Below are positions 9,801-19,500 of a stretch of DNA of 42,196 nt, in pieces (position 1 is the stretch's first letter; each line of letters starts with the position of its first letter). The stretch comes from a virus. Its lineage: Duplodnaviria; Caudoviricetes. The DNA lies in IMG/VR virus record IMGVR_UViG_3300022867_000025, positions 1-42,196 of that record; one strand, given 5' to 3'. A program made the translations under genes and the position numbers. Below the pieces are notes generated by a model. The model saw only the letters and a list, made by a program, of their open reading frames with translations, was not told the origin of the DNA and did not search any database.

Positions 9801-12588
9801 AAGCCTGTGCTAACGAAGCGTGCATTGCCTCGTGCATGAACGTGCCTTCGGTTAACCCGTTCTCGGGGTTAAGTCCTATAGTGTTTGTGCTTGGGTTGTA
9901 GTACCCGCTAGTTCCTGTTTCAGTAGGAGCAACCTCTATCGTAGGGGTTAAGTTCTGGCTACGTATCTTACGCATCAGCCGTTGAGCAGGGCCTTTCAAA
10001 GTAGGAATTAGAGCATCTAAAACAGCGTTAAAACTAGCGCCCTGTAACATTAGTTCCGTTATCTTGGCACTAAGCGGGTTGCCCTTAAACGCGGGGGCCT
10101 TGTTAGGTAAGAGGGCTTCCGAAATATATCTTGGGTCAACATTGGAGTCGGCATCTTCAGCAGCCTTCTTAGTCTTAGATTGTTCATCTGCGACTGGCTC
10201 TTGTGTAGCATTTCTTTCCTGTGTTCCGTTTTCGGTTTCATTATTGGGTTGCGATGTGGTCCGCGCATTGGGCTCCTGTGAAACGGTTGGATCGACTACT
10301 ACTTCCCCAGCCGGAGCTGATTCCTTCCCCTCTAACTTACGTGCAAGGGTATCGTACTTAGTGGATAAGTCTTTGCTGTTAGATTTTTCTGCGGCTGCGT
10401 ACAACCCAGCAACTATTCCCTGCCGTTGTTCAGGTACAGCTAAGTCTTTCCCTGCGAAGATAGCCTTCGTAGGGGCATTAGCGTTTAGCCCTTGGTCGTT
10501 TATAAATTTGTTAAGAGCTCGGCCTACTAGGGGGCCTCTAGTTTGCTCCCCGGGCACACCATCAAAAATATCACCCTGCCGTGTATCTGGGGCTTGGTCT
10601 ACTAGTGTCTGGTACTCCGCTTCTATTTCAGTGTCGGCGTTGGACGGTGGGCTAGACTCAAAGTCTTCATATCGAGCACTCACAGTCTCAACCGCTTGCA
10701 GGCGCATAAGGGCATCTCGTTCCCTAGCATTAGCCGCGGTAACTTCTGGGTTCTCCACAACAGGGGCAAAGTCTAACCCTTCTTGGGTGTCTCTCCCGGT
10801 TGATCTAGCTTTTAGCGCAGCGTCCGCTGTTTTTCTAGCTGCAACTGCCTCTCGTTTAGCTTCGGCCACAGCTTTTTTGGCTGCGGATACCCGGCTCTTA
10901 TCTTCGGCGTAGGCCCCTCGTTCTGCTTTATTTACTGCAACAGTGGCTGCTTTTGCCTCAGTTTCTGCTTGTTTTATATCCGCCTTTCCCTGTGCGGCCA
11001 CTGTAGCCTTTACTCCCGGCAGGTTTGACTGACTACCGCCGAGTTTCTGGTATCTGGTGCGGCTAACTATTTCAAAAACTTCCCGTTCCTCTGGGTTAAG
11101 GTCTGCACGCCGCTTGTTAGCATCAAAGGGGATATCTCTAAGCCTAGCGTACTCAGCAGCGTCGGACAGTAAAACCCGCTCGCTGAGGTCTTGCTGCACT
11201 GTCTCTACTAGCTGCTTCTGTTCGGCGGTCAAGGACTCAACTGTGCCCTCACTGGGTATGCTTTCGTAAAAGGTGTTGCCTCGGGCTTTAAGTCTTCTGG
11301 CTTCTGCTAAGGCAGCATCCAAACCAACCGCGGGCTTAGAAGTAAACTTGCCGTTCTTAGTTAGGTTAAAGGGGGCATTCTTATTGGCTTCTTCCCGCGC
11401 AGCTCGACCCTCGGCTTGGGCAAACTCGGCTATAGTTAAATTCTGCTGGTTGGCATCTAGCCCGGAAGTTGTGCCCGTTAACTCAAGCTGGTCGGTTATA
11501 CCCGTTTCCGCAGAGCTAATATTCTGTTTAGCCTCCGTAGCTTCGCGTAGAATCTTGGCCTCATTCATGCTTGCTAAACGGCCAGTAAGCGCACTTTTCT
11601 CACGAGCACCAGAGGCAGCCCCACCAGCGGTACCATACGCACCACCCGCAGCAGCACCACGAACACTGGCCTCCATAATGCGGTTCCATTCTCGACTACC
11701 AAATATTTCTGGGTTTTCGTCAATGAATCTTTCCGCGGCTATACTTATACCTTCTTGGGCACCCTCAGTAACAAACTCGCCTGCAACCCCCTTAGCTAAC
11801 CCAGCAGTAGCCCCGCGCAATGCGCCAGTAGACATACCAGATCGTTTTAAGATTGCCTCTACTATTCCTTTTTTAAGAGGACCAGTTAAGTTCTTGGCTA
11901 AGGTATTTGGGAGAACAGAGTCTAGGGCTGCGGCAGCGGAGCCAAACAAAAGAGAGGTACCCGCGGCGAGCTCGCCTGTTTCTTCATATATGTTCTGGAA
12001 TACTTCTGGAGCATTTAAAGCATACGACCCAAGGAACGCACCCGCCCCCGTGCCTACAGCGGCTTGAGATGCCACTGTCTTTGCTGCCGCGATTTTAGCT
12101 GCTTCTGTAACAGCCTTAGATGCAATAGCCCTGCCCCCTAGCAAAGCAGGTGCTGCCGCTCCACCGGTTAGAGCAGTTGCAAGGGCCAAACCCATATTAG
12201 GCAGTTGTTCACCTGCGGATTCTGCGACAAACTTAATAGCATCCCCTATACCCTCAACGTCTTTATAGCTGTCAAAGACCGCGGGAGCTGACCTAGATAA
12301 GGCTTCTGCTTTCTGGTTAGCCTCGGCCAACTGGGCTTCAGCGTACTCATCAAACCCAAGAGCACTACCTACCAGAGCAGGTATAGTGTCCGTGATGGTA
12401 GAACCAAACCTAGACTTGCCCCGCTCAAAGCCCTGCCCAAAAGCCTCACCCACGCCTACTTCGCGCTTCGCAGGTTTAGGGGCTAAGGTGCTAATCAAGT
12501 ACGAGATAGCGTCTTGCTCAGTAGCCCCCTCGGGGGCAGTTACTTCGTGCGTAGTGCCATCTGGGGCCGTAATCTTGTACTGGGGCAT
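6820..12588 (-). CDS. large internal virion / DNA-ejection (polyvalent-type) protein with zincin-like metallopeptidase motif
   Basis: 1922 aa, last late gene, Ala-rich helical. Contains GYYNP...FMHEAMHA...EFAAE (HExxH plus downstream E). Confidence 0.7.
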   Translation of the reverse strand: MPQYKITAPDGTTHEVTAPEGATEQDAISYLISTLAPKPAKREVGVGEAFGQGFERGKSRFGSTITDTIPALVGSALGFDEYAEAQLAEANQKAEALSRSAPAVFDSYKDVEGIGDAIKFVAESAGEQLPNMGLALATALTGGAAAPALLGGRAIASKAVTEAAKIAAAKTVASQAAVGTGAGAFLGSYALNAPEVFQNIYEETGELAAGTSLLFGSAAAALDSVLPNTLAKNLTGPLKKGIVEAILKRSGMSTGALRGATAGLAKGVAGEFVTEGAQEGISIAAERFIDENPEIFGSREWNRIMEASVRGAAAGGAYGTAGGAASGAREKSALTGRLASMNEAKILREATEAKQNISSAETGITDQLELTGTTSGLDANQQNLTIAEFAQAEGRAAREEANKNAPFNLTKNGKFTSKPAVGLDAALAEARRLKARGNTFYESIPSEGTVESLTAEQKQLVETVQQDLSERVLLSDAAEYARLRDIPFDANKRRADLNPEEREVFEIVSRTRYQKLGGSQSNLPGVKATVAAQGKADIKQAETEAKAATVAVNKAERGAYAEDKSRVSAAKKAVAEAKREAVAARKTADAALKARSTGRDTQEGLDFAPVVENPEVTAANARERDALMRLQAVETVSARYEDFESSPPSNADTEIEAEYQTLVDQAPDTRQGDIFDGVPGEQTRGPLVGRALNKFINDQGLNANAPTKAIFAGKDLAVPEQRQGIVAGLYAAAEKSNSKDLSTKYDTLARKLEGKESAPAGEVVVDPTVSQEPNARTTSQPNNETENGTQERNATQEPVADEQSKTKKAAEDADSNVDPRYISEALLPNKAPAFKGNPLSAKITELMLQGASFNAVLDALIPTLKGPAQRLMRKIRSQNLTPTIEVAPTETGTSGYYNPSTNTIGLNPENGLTEGTFMHEAMHASLAQALNNPNLAVTKELFAFFSDIQGSLSGLYAGESMQEFAAELAANQQLVALLKGMKPPKGNQSYFAYIADIIARFFGFRKDQTAYTEAVRLVENVLDISQDVEPSLETKLFSGTPAMGNSAMGELLTMGSTLVGKKKEDLRNTISNLTNDAGAKSLLSKVFAGLRLNDLIRLYSKKVPQLVALRDAILLRQGQTQIGLQRIQKNYRRFKKIAKAHPNKLLELGKIASEARRLRFDLVGIHKEFDPSTLSPAKQAQFTALSNRLRNLDKNGDLQGMYKEIVMEYKDSYNKLLKFTFEGVKAGTQKDILMAQFTRDNPIIGYVPFRHPGEYFIRYEDINTNQIMQVGFVSNAKRKDFIRDNQAVIKKDSETFTDRMEEVTFDPKGMPSGSFIAKLMNQVETQNQRDQIYQVMLSMYPDSSFMQRTRKADELGGESYDLLQGYSETALRFNSKLANLAHAPAVEEALAGIAELGAKRTNLDNGDIQAVANEIGKRSGFIRSPSYPAMTGFLTTAAYNLYLLGSVSAAVVNLSAIIMLGLPKLAADFTFGSANTQMLKAMKVASRRGDKGWQFDERYKTLVETLDEFGQREHTLQKELQDGANASVDEFDSVGSKFLDILSYPFTAAEKYSRATVAITAYELALASGKTKKEASVYARQVVMDVHTTGMAAEGPRLAQGSIGRVMFTFKSWIWNSAVQTAFAANGAVKGADPETKRKARSEIIGIYAMSATVAGVNGLPFFGAAATFANIIAALIPDDEEEPFNARTWTREFVGDFAFKGPVNAATNLEISNRTGIANGLLFREDPYSIEQNGYVLTAIMQAMGPVGSYALGVERGAGKLLEAGEYSRFMETILPSAARNVLKAGRYYFEGARTMDGAPIDTDINGYNLFMQAFGFSPADLSNTYEKRGDAANYESKVLARKQKILKRYYIGATTGDLELANEAAMELMKFAQRYPALVKSNTLSSSFKSRQSYEQKLIKGLKFNDALTPELNERFFDGD

Positions 12589-12600
12589 ATGCGGCTAGTC

Positions 12601-15387
12601 CTATTCTATTAGTTTAGCGGAGTATCCCGTTGTATCGAACATTGGATTACCTTGCGAGCCCGGGCTACTTGCTCCCATACCGAAACCAATACTATTTAGG
12701 TACGCTTCTTGTACGGCTGGGCCGTGCTCATCTATATCTGCCTGAGTTACTTTGTTGAGCTCTATCCCGGCGGCCTGAGCTACTCTTGTCTTGTACGCAA
12801 TAGCGGGCTCCGTTGTAAACTCTATGACAATATCCCGGCGTTCTGCATCCAACCTAGCCCTTGCTGTTGCCTGTCGTTGTTCTTGGGCTGCCATTGCTGC
12901 ATCCCGCTTTAGTTTTTGCTCGTTAAGCCCGAGCTTTAGTTCTTGGCGACGGTTATCTTGTGCTTGCCCATACTCAGCACCAGCACGGCCCATTGATCCA
13001 AGTGCTCCAGCAGTTGTTACAGACTCAGAGTTAGAAAGCATCGCTATAAGGCGGTTTAAGTCTAACCCTTCTTTATTCTCTAAGGCAGCTATTTCCGCTT
13101 GTATACCACTTATTTCTTGCGCCTGTTGACGACCCGGTGCTCCGCCCTGTGCAGCATACCTACCAGCCGCGGCTTGGGCATCAGGGAAGGTTTCAGCATC
13201 AAACTTTTTCACTTCCCTATCCACTCCCCTATTCACTCCTAAACTTTCTAGGAACTTTTGAGCTTCCGCATCTGTCTGGGCTTGTATTCTATCCGCCTCA
13301 CTGGCTCTTGCACTTCCTACCCTATCTGCTACCTCTAAATATTCGGCTTGGGAAATAATCCCATTGTTCCGGGCCCTTTCAGCCGCGGCGGCGGTAACGA
13401 GAGCCTGCTTTACTTCTGGGTCAGTATCCCCTCTTGTAAAGGATTCACCAGCAAGTTCCCCAACAGCACTGTTAGGAAGCGCCCTAGGGTTCCCTTGCTT
13501 GGCAAAACCTTCTGCGTTTTTCTTTGCTACGTCTGCCCTCATCCTTGCAAAGAAACCAAGCTCCGCATCTTCAGGGGTTTGGGGCTCCTCACCCCTAGCG
13601 GCCTCTTCCATAGCAAGAGCCAAAGCATCAGGTATAGTTGGGGCGTTGGCCCGGGCTTCTTCTTTGTTGCCTTGGCTTTGTGAAGAAACTGCTGCTGATA
13701 ACATAGCCATTAAGTTATTTCGCCGTGCAATCGCTTCGTCCGTATCTGCTTCAACCAAGGAGCCGTCTTCCCCATTGTAACCTTTGATGTTAGCCGCTGG
13801 GTCTGCTTGGTTAACCATATCCTGAGACTCTTGCTGCATACGCAGAAACTTAACTATTTCCGCTACGCTTGGCTTACCGGCGGGCTGTGCTCCTCTAGCC
13901 GCTGGGTCTGCTTGGTTAACCATATTCTGAGACTCTTGCTGCATACGCAAGTAATCCACAGCAGAGTCTACCTTAGCCCGCTGGTTATCCTGTTTCTCTC
14001 CTACGCGCCGCAAACTTGCAATGCCTCCTTGCTCTTTATCATCCGCATACTGGTTGACTGCACCTTGAGCTTCGGGCGCAGCTTGGCTAAAGGCATCGCG
14101 CCTAGCTTGCTGTTTCCTACCCATATTCTGAAGGGCAGCTATACCCCCTGTAGGTTCTACAACCTCTTCCTCTGCAACAGGAGCCGTGGGCATAAGGGCA
14201 GCTATACCCGCTTCGTTCCGCTCTAACTTTTCTCGGCGCATACGCTCAGAATAGCCTTCTGGTTCTTGAGTAGTAATTTGTCTACCCCCCGCAAAATCCA
14301 GTGTGCGTTCAGGGCGCATATCGTCCATTATCTTACGGACGTAAGGTTCAGTTTGCCTACGCTGCGGTAGTACACTCATGTCCCGGCCTGAGGCCATAAA
14401 CTTATCAGCATTACCAAACCCAGCGTTATAGGCAATAAGAGCTGCCTCTACGTCTCCGTCGTATCTGTCAAGCATAGCCTGCAAATAGTCTCGTGCGAAT
14501 CTACGGCTTTCCACTGGGTCAAAAGAATTTTCTATAGGCCTAACCCGGAATCCCGGCTGCCTAGCAGTAGAGGGCAGTATTTGAAAAGCACCTTCTTCAC
14601 CCGCAGCTCCCACGGCGTTTGGGTCACCGCCGCTTTCCGCCATCATAAGAGAGTCTAGTAAAGCCTCTATGTCTAGATTGGAGTCGCCCCCAACCGACCC
14701 ACCAATAGCCATACCCGGACCCGCGAGGATACCTTTAGTGCTGTCGATGTACTGCATAACAGCCGCTTGCTCGTTGCCCATTTGCCCTTTTAATTCCTGT
14801 AGGTGCTGCTGGGCTTGCATCTTACTCTCGGGAGTCTGCGCTTTGTTAATGCTATCTGTTATAGCCATGTACTGGTTGGCAAACTGTTTTATTTGGGCAT
14901 CCCCCACAGGAGACTTAGGTACTGCTCCCATAGTAGGTATAGGGGATGCACTCACATTACCGCCTTGAGCATACCCAACGATACCGCCACTAGCCATCTG
15001 GTTCATGTTGGGTGCAGGCATACCGGGCATACCAGCAGCAGGGCGAAGCGCAGCTTCTTCAGCCATACGTTGCCCTTTAATATTCATACCCGGCTGTAGC
15101 GCCGATAGGGTGGATGCAATACCGCTCTCGACCTGCCCTTTAACAGTAGGGGGTGTAGGTGGCTGGTACTGCATTTGCTTTTCAGAAGCCGCGGCTTGTA
15201 GGAGCTGCAATGCCTGCTGCTCTTTCATAAGGGCACTTAGTGCTGGGGGTATGCCACCCCCCACAACTTCTTCCGCCATTGCTTGCTGTGGGGATTTGTT
15301 TTGTTGTGGTGTAGGCATGGGAAAACCCCCGCCAACGGATTGCGGAGGGGGGATAGAATTTAGTATACCTGACTGAGGCATTTGCAT
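12601..15387 (-). CDS. internal virion protein with lytic transglycosylase (SLT) domain
   Basis: MAESGG (catalytic E), GAFQILP, ALIAYNAG, TEPYV SLT motifs embedded in Q/A/G-rich sequence. Confidence 0.85.
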   Translation of the reverse strand: MQMPQSGILNSIPPPQSVGGGFPMPTPQQNKSPQQAMAEEVVGGGIPPALSALMKEQQALQLLQAAASEKQMQYQPPTPPTVKGQVESGIASTLSALQPGMNIKGQRMAEEAALRPAAGMPGMPAPNMNQMASGGIVGYAQGGNVSASPIPTMGAVPKSPVGDAQIKQFANQYMAITDSINKAQTPESKMQAQQHLQELKGQMGNEQAAVMQYIDSTKGILAGPGMAIGGSVGGDSNLDIEALLDSLMMAESGGDPNAVGAAGEEGAFQILPSTARQPGFRVRPIENSFDPVESRRFARDYLQAMLDRYDGDVEAALIAYNAGFGNADKFMASGRDMSVLPQRRQTEPYVRKIMDDMRPERTLDFAGGRQITTQEPEGYSERMRREKLERNEAGIAALMPTAPVAEEEVVEPTGGIAALQNMGRKQQARRDAFSQAAPEAQGAVNQYADDKEQGGIASLRRVGEKQDNQRAKVDSAVDYLRMQQESQNMVNQADPAARGAQPAGKPSVAEIVKFLRMQQESQDMVNQADPAANIKGYNGEDGSLVEADTDEAIARRNNLMAMLSAAVSSQSQGNKEEARANAPTIPDALALAMEEAARGEEPQTPEDAELGFFARMRADVAKKNAEGFAKQGNPRALPNSAVGELAGESFTRGDTDPEVKQALVTAAAAERARNNGIISQAEYLEVADRVGSARASEADRIQAQTDAEAQKFLESLGVNRGVDREVKKFDAETFPDAQAAAGRYAAQGGAPGRQQAQEISGIQAEIAALENKEGLDLNRLIAMLSNSESVTTAGALGSMGRAGAEYGQAQDNRRQELKLGLNEQKLKRDAAMAAQEQRQATARARLDAERRDIVIEFTTEPAIAYKTRVAQAAGIELNKVTQADIDEHGPAVQEAYLNSIGFGMGASSPGSQGNPMFDTTGYSAKLIE
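13791..13949. repeat. ~54-nt direct repeat x2 (105-nt spacing) inside the SLT protein
   Basis: tagccgctgggtctgcttggttaaccatat(c/t)ctgagactcttgctgcatacgca at 13791 and 13896; encodes LRMQQESQ(N/D)MVNQADPAA. Confidence 0.9.
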
Positions 15388-15398
15388 ATTAGTTGTCC

Positions 15399-16571
15399 TT
15401 AAGTTTTAGGGAGGATGCCGACGCTCTGCATGAGTCCCAAAATACCACCTGCCCCACTAGTAAACTGGGATAAGCCACTAGGCTCAGCGTACTCATAAGA
15501 CTGCGTTTCAATAGGCAAGCCCTGCAATAAAGACTGCATGTACTGTACTTTCTTGTAAGGGTCGTCCCGCTCTAATTCGAACTGAGCCATATCCGCGGCT
15601 ACTTGCTCCCCTTGCATACCTCTTTGTACAGCGCCTGCGCCTTGCTGAGCGTTTAGCAGACTGAAGCCATAGTCGTTGTTCTGCTTCTGCGCGGCCATAT
15701 CACGTACCGCTTGGGTGTTAAACTGACCTGCTTCAAAGTCTCTATCCGCCATCAGACGAGATTGCTCGGTGTTAAACTGACCTGCCCCAAAAGCTCTATC
15801 CGCCATCAGACGAGATTGCTCGGTGTTAAACTGACCCGCCCCAAAAGCTCTATCCGCTCGCTGACGCTCTTGTTCAGTGTTAAACTGTTGTTGTGCTTGG
15901 GTAAAGGCATCTCGATACCCACTACCCGTAATACCCGCCATCCTATCTAGCATACCCCTGTCTAACTCCGCAGAAGCAACAGCTTGCCGACCCCCACCAA
16001 AAGCACCGGCTTTACCATATTGACTCCGCATAGCCTGTTGGGCTATCTCGTTCTGCCGGTTTGCCGCGTCATACTGCGGCTGCAAAGCTCCTTGTAGGTA
16101 AGGATTCATGTATTGTTGAAGCACACTGCTAGACATGGGTATGTTGCTTTGGCCGTCTACCGCTTGTTGAGCTGTAGGGGCATCGTACCCCGGGCCTGTA
16201 AAGGATGTAGGGGTGTAAGCATTTGCCGTTTGAGTAGGGGACAAAGACGAAGCGTAAGATGTAGGGGTGTAAGCATTTGCCGTTTGAGTAGGGGACAAAG
16301 ACGAAGCGTAAGATGCAGGGGTATAAACGTCCCCAGTATACGTGCCGCCAGTGACTGCGGTCCCCATCCCAGTAGGAGTACTTAATGCCCCTAGTCCTTG
16401 GAAGGCATTGGTTTGTAAAGTAGACGGCCCCGCGGTTAAAGCGCCGCCATATCCTTGGTAGGGCTCAGAGGCAAGAGCGCGTCCACGCCCCAGCATATCA
16501 GTTACGTATGGCCCAGCCCAGTTACTTAGGGTGGATTCTTGTGCTAATGGGTCGCCTACTTGTGTAACCAT
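15399..16571 (-). CDS. internal virion / DNA-transfer (pilot-like) protein
   Basis: Q/G/A-rich, YMNPY...AGAFGGGR motif typical of podovirus ejection proteins; lies between other internal virion genes. Confidence 0.65.
   Translation of the reverse strand: MVTQVGDPLAQESTLSNWAGPYVTDMLGRGRALASEPYQGYGGALTAGPSTLQTNAFQGLGALSTPTGMGTAVTGGTYTGDVYTPASYASSLSPTQTANAYTPTSYASSLSPTQTANAYTPTSFTGPGYDAPTAQQAVDGQSNIPMSSSVLQQYMNPYLQGALQPQYDAANRQNEIAQQAMRSQYGKAGAFGGGRQAVASAELDRGMLDRMAGITGSGYRDAFTQAQQQFNTEQERQRADRAFGAGQFNTEQSRLMADRAFGAGQFNTEQSRLMADRDFEAGQFNTQAVRDMAAQKQNNDYGFSLLNAQQGAGAVQRGMQGEQVAADMAQFELERDDPYKKVQYMQSLLQGLPIETQSYEYAEPSGLSQFTSGAGGILGLMQSVGILPKT
15715..15887. repeat. 54-nt tandem repeat (~3.3 units)
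   Basis: gtgttaaactg recurs at 15715, 15769, 15823 and 15877; encodes QFNTEQSRLMADRAFGAG. Confidence 0.9.
16204..16322. repeat. 54-nt perfect tandem repeat x2 plus partial
   Basis: gatgtaggggtgtaagcatttgccgtttgagtaggggacaaagacgaagcgtaa; encodes YASSLSPTQTANAYTPTS. Confidence 0.92.
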
Positions 16572-16581
16572 TGTATTTCTC

Positions 16582-19500
16582 CTACCCTAAGTATTTGCGG
16601 GGGTCAATTTCACGCCCCTGATTCGGATTGCCAGTACGGTCTTTACGTAACCGGTCCATCATACTGTATAAATTCTCCGCACCGGCATCAGAGTTACCGT
16701 TGCCTAGGTGACTGACCACATCCGCGGGTATTACAAACTCGCCGTCACTGAGTCGAGCTGGCTCTTTGTTGTCTATTGTAGCAGGAACATCATCCGCCAT
16801 GCCATCTGTAGAGCCCCCTAAGTAATAGCCTTGCCCCCCTATAATACCGCCTTGCGCGAAACCCTTCTGTTTCATAAAGGCTTTATACTCATCTATTAGC
16901 TGTTGGCCTGTTTTGGCGGGGGTTACCGTTTGTACCCCGTCAACAGTGGTTATGACGTTACCATACGCATCTTCTAGATTGCCATCTTGGTTTGTTGTAA
17001 ACGAGTTATTGGGGCGTAAGCTGGGAACAAAAGAAGTTCTTGCTTCTGCGTACCCTTGGTGGTCAAACTCCTCTATAGGGTCTGCCCCGCCTTCAACGAA
17101 CTCATTTGGGTTATTATTAAAATATCCTACTAACTCGTTAACCTCGTTCTCGGATATGCCAAAGTAGCTTGCGGCTTCCCCTACTAGATTTGGGTTTGCA
17201 TTTATTAGCCTAGAGGCACTTGCAACTTCTGCGTTGGTATAATCCCCATCTGCTTCTATACCTGAAAAGGCGCTACCCTCTATAAGGTCTGCCGCTTCTC
17301 CAGCGGATATTAAGCCCTGTAGGTATTGCTGGTATAGGGCCTGCGAAACCTTATAAGCCTCGGATTGGCTTGTTATAGCGTCGGAGGCTATTTGGTTTTG
17401 GGTCTTTACCCTAGCTGCCTCTGCTGCCTGTTCGTTTGCCACCCTAGTATTTTCTGCTGCCTGTTCGTTTGCCACCCTAGTATTTTCTGCTGCCTGTGCT
17501 GCTTGTAGTTGAGCTTGCGCTGTTGCCTCGGCCTGTGCATCTGCTGTTGCTTGCGCTGCTATTGCAGCTTGGTTAGTGTTGTACTGGTTAGTTAGCCCGG
17601 TTGTTATATCCGCTACTTCAGCATCGTAGGCATCTATACGGCCTTGAGTAGCAGCCCTACGCGCTCGGTTGTCTTCTGCTCCTAGGAAGTACTGTTGCTG
17701 GGAGGCTACCCCCTCGTCGTTGGTTACCGTCTCCATCTGCGGGTTGTATAGCCCAGTAGCCGGTGTGTTAAAGTAGTTCCTTCCCGCGCTTCCAGCAGGG
17801 CGCTCCCCTACGAAGGCATCTGCTTTAAGGGATCGGTCTAGATTGTAGGAGGGTACACCCCCTTGATAGCCTTGATTACCTCCGCTATTACCCCCGCCTC
17901 CGCCGCTGAGTCCCGCAATACCTCCCGCTAGGGCCCCTATAATAGACCCTATTTTTTGTCCACCGGTTAACCCTACGCTACCACCGGGAGCAAAAGTTTG
18001 CATGGGTAGGGAGGCTAAGCCTCTGCTGTGTCTGTTATTGCGACTGTTGTTGTTCACTTCGCCACCTCTATTGTAAGTGCGTAATAATCCATCTTTTTCA
18101 TCCTCTGTAAGCTCTGGCGCAAATATAGAGTCCCCACCTACGTCAAATAAGTAATCTATATCTACTAAGTCCCCGGGAGTTACCCTAACCTTGCCCGGTG
18201 AACTTTGGGGCTGCCCAAAACCGCCGCCTCCGCCACCACCGCCACCTTCGCCACGAGGTGGGGCTTCTCCCCGAGGGGGAGGCGACATAAAGTCTTCTAC
18301 AGAATAAGTTTGAGCGCGTATGTCGGTGGGTATATCAAAATCATAACCCGTTGATTTAGGGGCAGAAGGGCCATCTGCAACAACTGTGTCACCAACAACT
18401 GTGTCACCAACAACTGTGTCACCAACAACTGTGTCATCAACAACTGTGTCACCAACAACTATGTCATCAACAACTGTGTCATCAACAACTGTGTCATCAA
18501 CAACTGTGTCATCAACAACTGTGTCACCAACAACTGTGTCACCAACAACTGTGTCACCAACAACTGAGTCATCAACAACTGTGTCATCAACAACTGTGTC
18601 ATCTATTGAGTCTGGGGTTAAGTTTGGTCCAACAACACCGGGGGCCACATCCCCATCACTGGTACTTGCAGTGGCGTTTAACAACTGATCTATTGGGTCT
18701 GGGGTTAAGTTTGGTCCAACAACACCGGGGGCCACATTCCCACTAATTATATCCTCGGCGCTATCTGTTTCAGTACCAGTAATGTCTACCCCGAATACAG
18801 TATCAGCATCATTCAGGGTTGTAGCGGATACTACCGAGCTCCCTACCTCTTGCAGCCCTTCTATAGTTTTTTCAATGTTTTCAGTGCTAACCCCCAGCTC
18901 TTCGGCAGCAGCTCCGGTAAGTATTTCTCGTACTGTTGAGGCATCAATCACCTCTTCCGCAGCAATGCGCCCTGAAAGTACACCTGTTACTTTATTGAGT
19001 ATGGCATCCAGCGCCGCGTTTCCCGTTGTCACACCAGTCTGTGTTCCAGCGCCGGTGGTACCCGTATTTATTACTCGACTTCCCCCAGTCTGGCCCCAAA
19101 CTACAGTACCCGATTGAATCCCACCAATAATTTTTGTGGGGTTAGGGAGGCGTAAAATCCTAAATACCTCATCTATTGCGTCCCCTACTTTGCTTGCTAC
19201 CGCGTTAACCCCACTGGATACAGTGTTTTGCACAGAGTTAAGTATGTTGGTTGTGGGCACTGTGCCGGGGGTTGCTACACTGGTAGAGCCAAGAGTGCCG
19301 GGAGCAAAACCTAAGGTATCAAATAAATTGTTGTAGTACTCCTCAGTTTCCTCGGGGGTCATGGGGGTGTTGGCAGCTTGGTTTGCTTCAGCAGCAAACC
19401 TGTTTTGGGTTTGCTGGATTGCACCCGCTAGGTCAAACGAGTCTTGGAAGTTACTGTTGTTATAGTTGTTCTGTATATCTGCCAGCGTTTCTTCTAGCGT

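Noticed and set aside
18378-18602. Regular short repeats resembling a CRISPR array
   Set aside because: Units are contiguous 15-mers with no unique spacers, are in frame within a CDS, and no cas genes are present.
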